Part shown: piece after piece, positions 59,223-64,000 of the stretch
Numbering within the stretch: the stretch's first letter is position 1
How the letters are laid out: each line of letters begins with the position of its first letter
Assembly (NCBI RefSeq): GCF_009914755.1
Contig: NC_060926.1
Source of the DNA: the human T2T-CHM13v2.0 reference genome, Homo sapiens
Strand: one strand, 5' to 3'
Length of the DNA: 64,000 bases
Position numbers and translations under genes: made by a program
Notes under the pieces: generated by a model
Seen by the model: the letters and a program-made list of their open reading frames with translations, nothing else
Told to the model about the DNA's origin: nothing
Databases searched by the model: none

Positions 59223-61509
59223 TGTATTTGTTTTTAGTCTGTTTTCATGCTGCTGATAAAGACACATTCAAGACTGGGAAGAAAAAGAGGTTTAATTGAA
59301 CTTAGAGTTCCACATGGCTGGCAAGGCCTCAGAATCATGGCGGGAGGGGAAAGGCAGTTCTTATATGGTGGCAGCAAGAGAAAATGAGGAAGAAGCAAAA
59401 GCAGAATCCCCTGATAAACCCATCAGATCTTGTGAGACTTATTCACCACCACGAGAATAGCACGAGAAAGACTGGCCCCCATGATTCAGTTACCTCCTCC
59501 TGGGTCCCTCCCCCAACACGTGGGAATTCTGGGAGATACAATTGGAGTTGAGATTTGAGTGGGAATGCAGCCAAACCATATCATTCTGCCCCTGGCCCCT
59601 CCAAATCTCATGTTCTCACATTTCAAAACCAATTATGCCTTCCTTAGAGTCCCCCAAAGTTAACTCATTTCAGCATTAACCCAAAAGTCCACAGTCCAAA
59701 GTCTCATCTGAGACAAGGCATAGTCCCTTCCACCTATGAGCCTGTAATATCAAAAGTAAGGTAGTTACTTCCTAGATACAATGGGGGTGCAGGTATTGGG
59801 TAAATACAGCCATTCCAAATGGGAGAAATTGGCCAAAACCAAAAGGTTACAGGGCTCATGCAAGTCTGAAATCCAGTGGGACAGTCATATTTTAAAGCTC
59901 CAAAATGATCTCCTTTGACTCCAGGTCTCACATCTAGGTCATGCTGACGCAAAAGGTAGGTTCCCATGGTCTTGGGCAGCTCTGCCTCTGTGGCTTTGCA
60001 GGGTACAGGCTCCCTCCTGGCTGCTTTCACAGGCTGGCGTTGAGTGTCTGAGGCTTTTCCAGGTTCACGGTACAAGCTGTTGGTGGATTTACCATTCTAG
60101 GGTCTGGAGGAAGGTGGCCCTCTTCTCACAGCTCTACTAGCAGTGCCCCAGATGTGGGGCATCAGAGCCCCCACATTTCCCTTCTGCATTGCCCTAGCAG
60201 AGGTTCTCCATAAGGGCCCCACCCCTGCAGCAAACTTTTGCCTGGGCATCCAGGTGTTTCCATACCTCTTCTGAAATCTGGGTGGAGGTTCCCAAACCTC
60301 AGTTCTTGACTTCCGTGCACCCACAGGCTCAATACCACGTGGAAGCTGCCAAGGCTTGGGGATTCCACCCTGTGAAGCCACAGCCCAAGCTGTACATTGG
60401 CCCCTTTCCATCCAGCCACGGTTGGAGCAGCTGGGACACAGAGCACCAAGTCCCTGGGCTGCACATAGCACAGGGACCCTGGGCCCGGCCCACAAAACCA
60501 CTTTTTCCTCCTGGGCTTCTGGGCCTGTGATGGGAGGGGCTGCTGTGAAGATCTCTGATATGGCCTGGAGACATTTTCCCCATGGTCTTGGGGATTAACA
60601 TTAGGCTCCTTGCTACTTATGCAAATTTCTGCAGCTGGCTTGAATTTCTTCTCAAAAAATGGGTTTTTCTTTTCTTCTGCATCATCAGGCTGCACATTTT
60701 CTGAACTTTTATGCTCTGTTTCCCTTTTAAAACAGAATGCTTTTAACAGCACCCAAGTCAACTTTTGAATGCTTTGCTGCTTAGAAATTTCTTCTGCCAG
60801 ATACCCTAAATCGTCTCTCTCCAGTTCAAAGCTCCACAGATTTCTAGGGCAGAGGCAAGATGCCACCAGTCTCTTTGCTAAAACATAACAAGAGTCACCT
60901 TTGCTCCAGTTCCCAACAAGTTCCCCATCTCTATCTGAGACCACCTCAGCCTGGATTTTATTGTCCATATTGCTATCAGCATTTTGGGCAAAGCCATTAA
61001 ACAAGTCTTTAGGAAGTTCCATAGTTTTCCACGTTTTCCCATCTTATTCTGAGCCCTCCAAACTGTTCCAACCTCTGCCTGTTAGCCAGTTCCAAAGTCG
61101 CTTCCACATTTTTGGGTATCTTTTCATCAACACCCCACTCCTGGTACCAATTTACTGTATTATTCTGTTTTCACACTGCTGATGAAGACATACCCAAGAC
61201 TTGGAAGAAAAAGAGGTTTAATTGAACTTACAGTTCCACATGGCTGGCAAGGCCTCAGAATCATGGCAGGAGGTGAAAGGCAGTTCTTACATGGTAGTGG
61301 CAAGAGAAAAGGAGGAGGAAGCAAAAGCAGAAACACCTGATAAACCCAACAGATCTCATGATACTTATTTACTATCACGAGAATAGCATGGGAAAGACTG
61401 GCCCCCATGATTCAATTATCTCCTCCTGGGTCCCTCCCACAACATGTGGGAATTCTGGGAGATACAATTCAAGTTGAGATTTGGGTGGGGACACAGCCAA
61501 ACCATATCA
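59223..61509 (-). mobile_element. Full-length THE1A-like MaLR element: 3' LTR 59223-59583, internal 59584-61155, 5' LTR 61156-61509
   Basis: Two ~355-bp direct repeats ending CAGCCAAACCATATCA; minus-strand internal start GTAAATTGGTACCAG; 5-bp TSD ACAAT (59218-22 and 61510-14); MaLR internal ORF remnants in the ORF track. Confidence 0.95.
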
Positions 61510-61528
61510 ACAATGATGATAAAAATGA

Positions 61529-61741
<213 letters not shown>

Positions 61742-63135
61742 TAGCAGGCTCAGGTACAAGTGGCCTATAGAACCTGGACACAAACTCTGCCTCAGGGAGT
61801 TCATAGTAGGTTGGGAAACAGACAAACACACAAAACTGAGAGGTGCCTGGATGGAGTTGTGTTAAGGACCAAGTGCTCTAGAAGGTCAGGGAAGGCCAGT
61901 GTCAGTACAGGACTTTGGGAAAATGGGGAAGGCTTCCTGGAAGGAATAGGACTCTTAGGATAGATGAGATTTTGATAGGCTGGGAGGGAGAAGAAAATAG
62001 TGTTTTAAGAGGGGCCAAAAGCATAGGCAAAGGTTTGAAAGAAAATTGCTTAATGTGTGTCTAGAACAAGAATAAAGCAGAAAGATAAGTAAGGCTGAGG
62101 GTATAGGTTGGGACTCTCAATGGTGAATGGGGAGGAGTGATGGGGGAAAGGAGCAGCGTTAGTGACTGCTATGCCTAGTCATGGCAGAGTCCCAGGTAAA
62201 AGGGAATGCTGGTAACACTCACCCGGTCTTTATTTAAAATTTTGATATTTTGTTCATCATGGACTATTGACACTGATTTTAATTTTTAAAATATTTCATT
62301 AAAGTACTGTTTATCTTAATAACTATTTTGGCCCTTCCTTACATTTTGTGCCCAAGATAAGTGCGTGAGCTGTCTCCCTCTAGTCATTGCCTGAGATGGA
62401 GAGGGGAGATTTGAAGGAGGAAAGGAGTCTGGAGTTATGGGGAGGTGACAGAGGTGGGAGGCAGAGTAATGTTGGGAAGAGAAAGAAAGAGGAAAGAAGA
62501 GAGGCAGGGGTGGGGCCTGATTTGCCTTTACAGGCATGAGGCTAGGGTCCCCTCTTGTCTCCTGAGGCAGGTTTAGGCCCAGCATGTGTCCTTCAGGTGG
62601 TGGGTGGAGGCCTGGTATCCCACCCTGTAGCCTCACCTTTCAAGGGACAGAATGGAGCAGTTCTCAGCCTAGGCACCACTGACGGCCTCCAAGGTGTGGT
62701 CATGGCCAGTGGGTTGGTTTATATGCTTGAAGCCTTCCTGATGCTAGACTAACCCTGGGCACTCTGCAGCCCCAGCTGCTGGGTCGCTGGCTGAGGGGTG
62801 CTGCTGCTTCCAGGAAGCATGGAGGGAGACCTCCCTGGGCTAGCCTAGGCTGACATAGGCTGACCACCCCTCTCTCATTCCATATGCTTAAGCAGAGGTC
62901 ACAGAGAGGACCCCAGCCTGGTCTCGTCATGTGTGTAATGCAGACTGTTGTGTTTCTGATAAGGGCCTGGCCTCTCCCAATGGAGCAGTAGATTGGGAGT
63001 GTGAAGGACTCAGGTGCCCCATTCCCACGGCTGGAGCCAAGACCAGAAGCCCATGTCAGGGTCCAAGTGGAGTGGTGTGGTGTGTGGGAGGGGGCCCTGT
63101 CTTGGCAGGACACAGCCCACATCTCAACTTCCTGA

Positions 63136-63327
<192 letters not shown>

Positions 63328-63571
63328 TAAATTGGGGCATCTTGGGTCTTGGGGTGGAGGAGCCAGACAGGATAACCCACAGTCTAGTGGGGGAGATGTG
63401 ACTGGCACTGTGAAGTCCGTATCTCTTGGAGCAAAACTGTATTCCTTAAATCTTGCATGTCTATGGGGGCATAGCCTCAGTTAGCCCTTCTTTAGCTGCT
63501 AAAGACTTGATCCCAACAGAAGCTCCTAGTTAAATGCTAAACAATTACGTCTAAGATCAGAAATCTACATG

Positions 63572-63822
63572 GCTTGAGCTCAGGAGTTTGAGACCAGTCT
63601 GGGCAACATAGCAAGACCCCATCTCTACAAAAAATAAAAAACTTAGCCAGGCATGGTAGTGCATGCCTGTGGTTCCAGATACTTGGGAGGCTGAGGTGGG
63701 AGGATCCCTTGAGCCTAGGAGTTTGAGCTTACAGTGATCTGTGATCAAACTACTGCACTCCAGCCTGGGTGACAGAGCAAAACCCTGTCTCAAAAAAAAA
63801 AAAAAAAAAAAAGAAAGAAAAA
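63572..63822 (+). mobile_element. 5'-truncated AluJ-family SINE
   Basis: GCTTGAGCTCAGGAGTTTGAGACC...GGATCCCTTGAGCCTAGG...long A tail. Confidence 0.9.
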
Positions 63823-63865
63823 GTAGAAATCTGTGTGTAAGCTCAGAAGATGCATTTGCTAATTC

Positions 63866-64000
63866 TTTTTTTTTTTTAAGATAAACTTTTACTTTGGAAT
63901 AATTTTAGATTTACTAAACAGTTACAGAGACAGTGCATAATTTCCACTTACTCAATTTCCCCCACTGGTAACCCCTTACTCAATTTCCCCCACTGGTATC
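63866..64000 (-). mobile_element. Probable 3' end of an old L1M, runs off the window
   Basis: PolyT then AAACTTTTACTTTGGAATAATTTTAGATTTAC, L1MC-like 3' terminus. Confidence 0.55.

Overview
This is primate (almost certainly human) genomic DNA lying entirely inside the dysferlin gene DYSF on the + strand. Reading splice sites by eye gives 11 constitutive coding exons plus the 63-nt alternative exon 40a, which the ORF track misses. Exons are numbered 34-44 from memory of the reference transcript, and all have AG/GT boundaries. They splice into a continuous frame covering the end of one C2 domain, a linker, the next C2 domain and the start of a further one. Introns hold a ~2.8-kb GT-rich minisatellite, many Alus, old L1M/L2/MIR/MER remnants, two young L1PA 3' ends, a solo LTR1 nested in a MER53, and a full-length antisense THE1A retroelement with TSDs. 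I see no new protein-coding gene, RNA gene or CRISPR array; the long ORFs are repeat artefacts. The best leads concern splicing and regulation: (1) long AG-exclusion zones with apparent distant branch points before exons 36, 37 and 42; (2) a candidate unannotated in-frame microexon in intron 36; (3) an RBFOX/QKI/G-run motif cluster and a UG-rich VNTR near exon 40a; (4) DUX4-type motifs in both THE1A LTRs; (5) a latent donor inside exon 44; (6) an ancient locally templated insertion. These are sequence-based hypotheses. Repeat subfamily names and exon numbers are from memory, and boundaries of old repeats are approximate.
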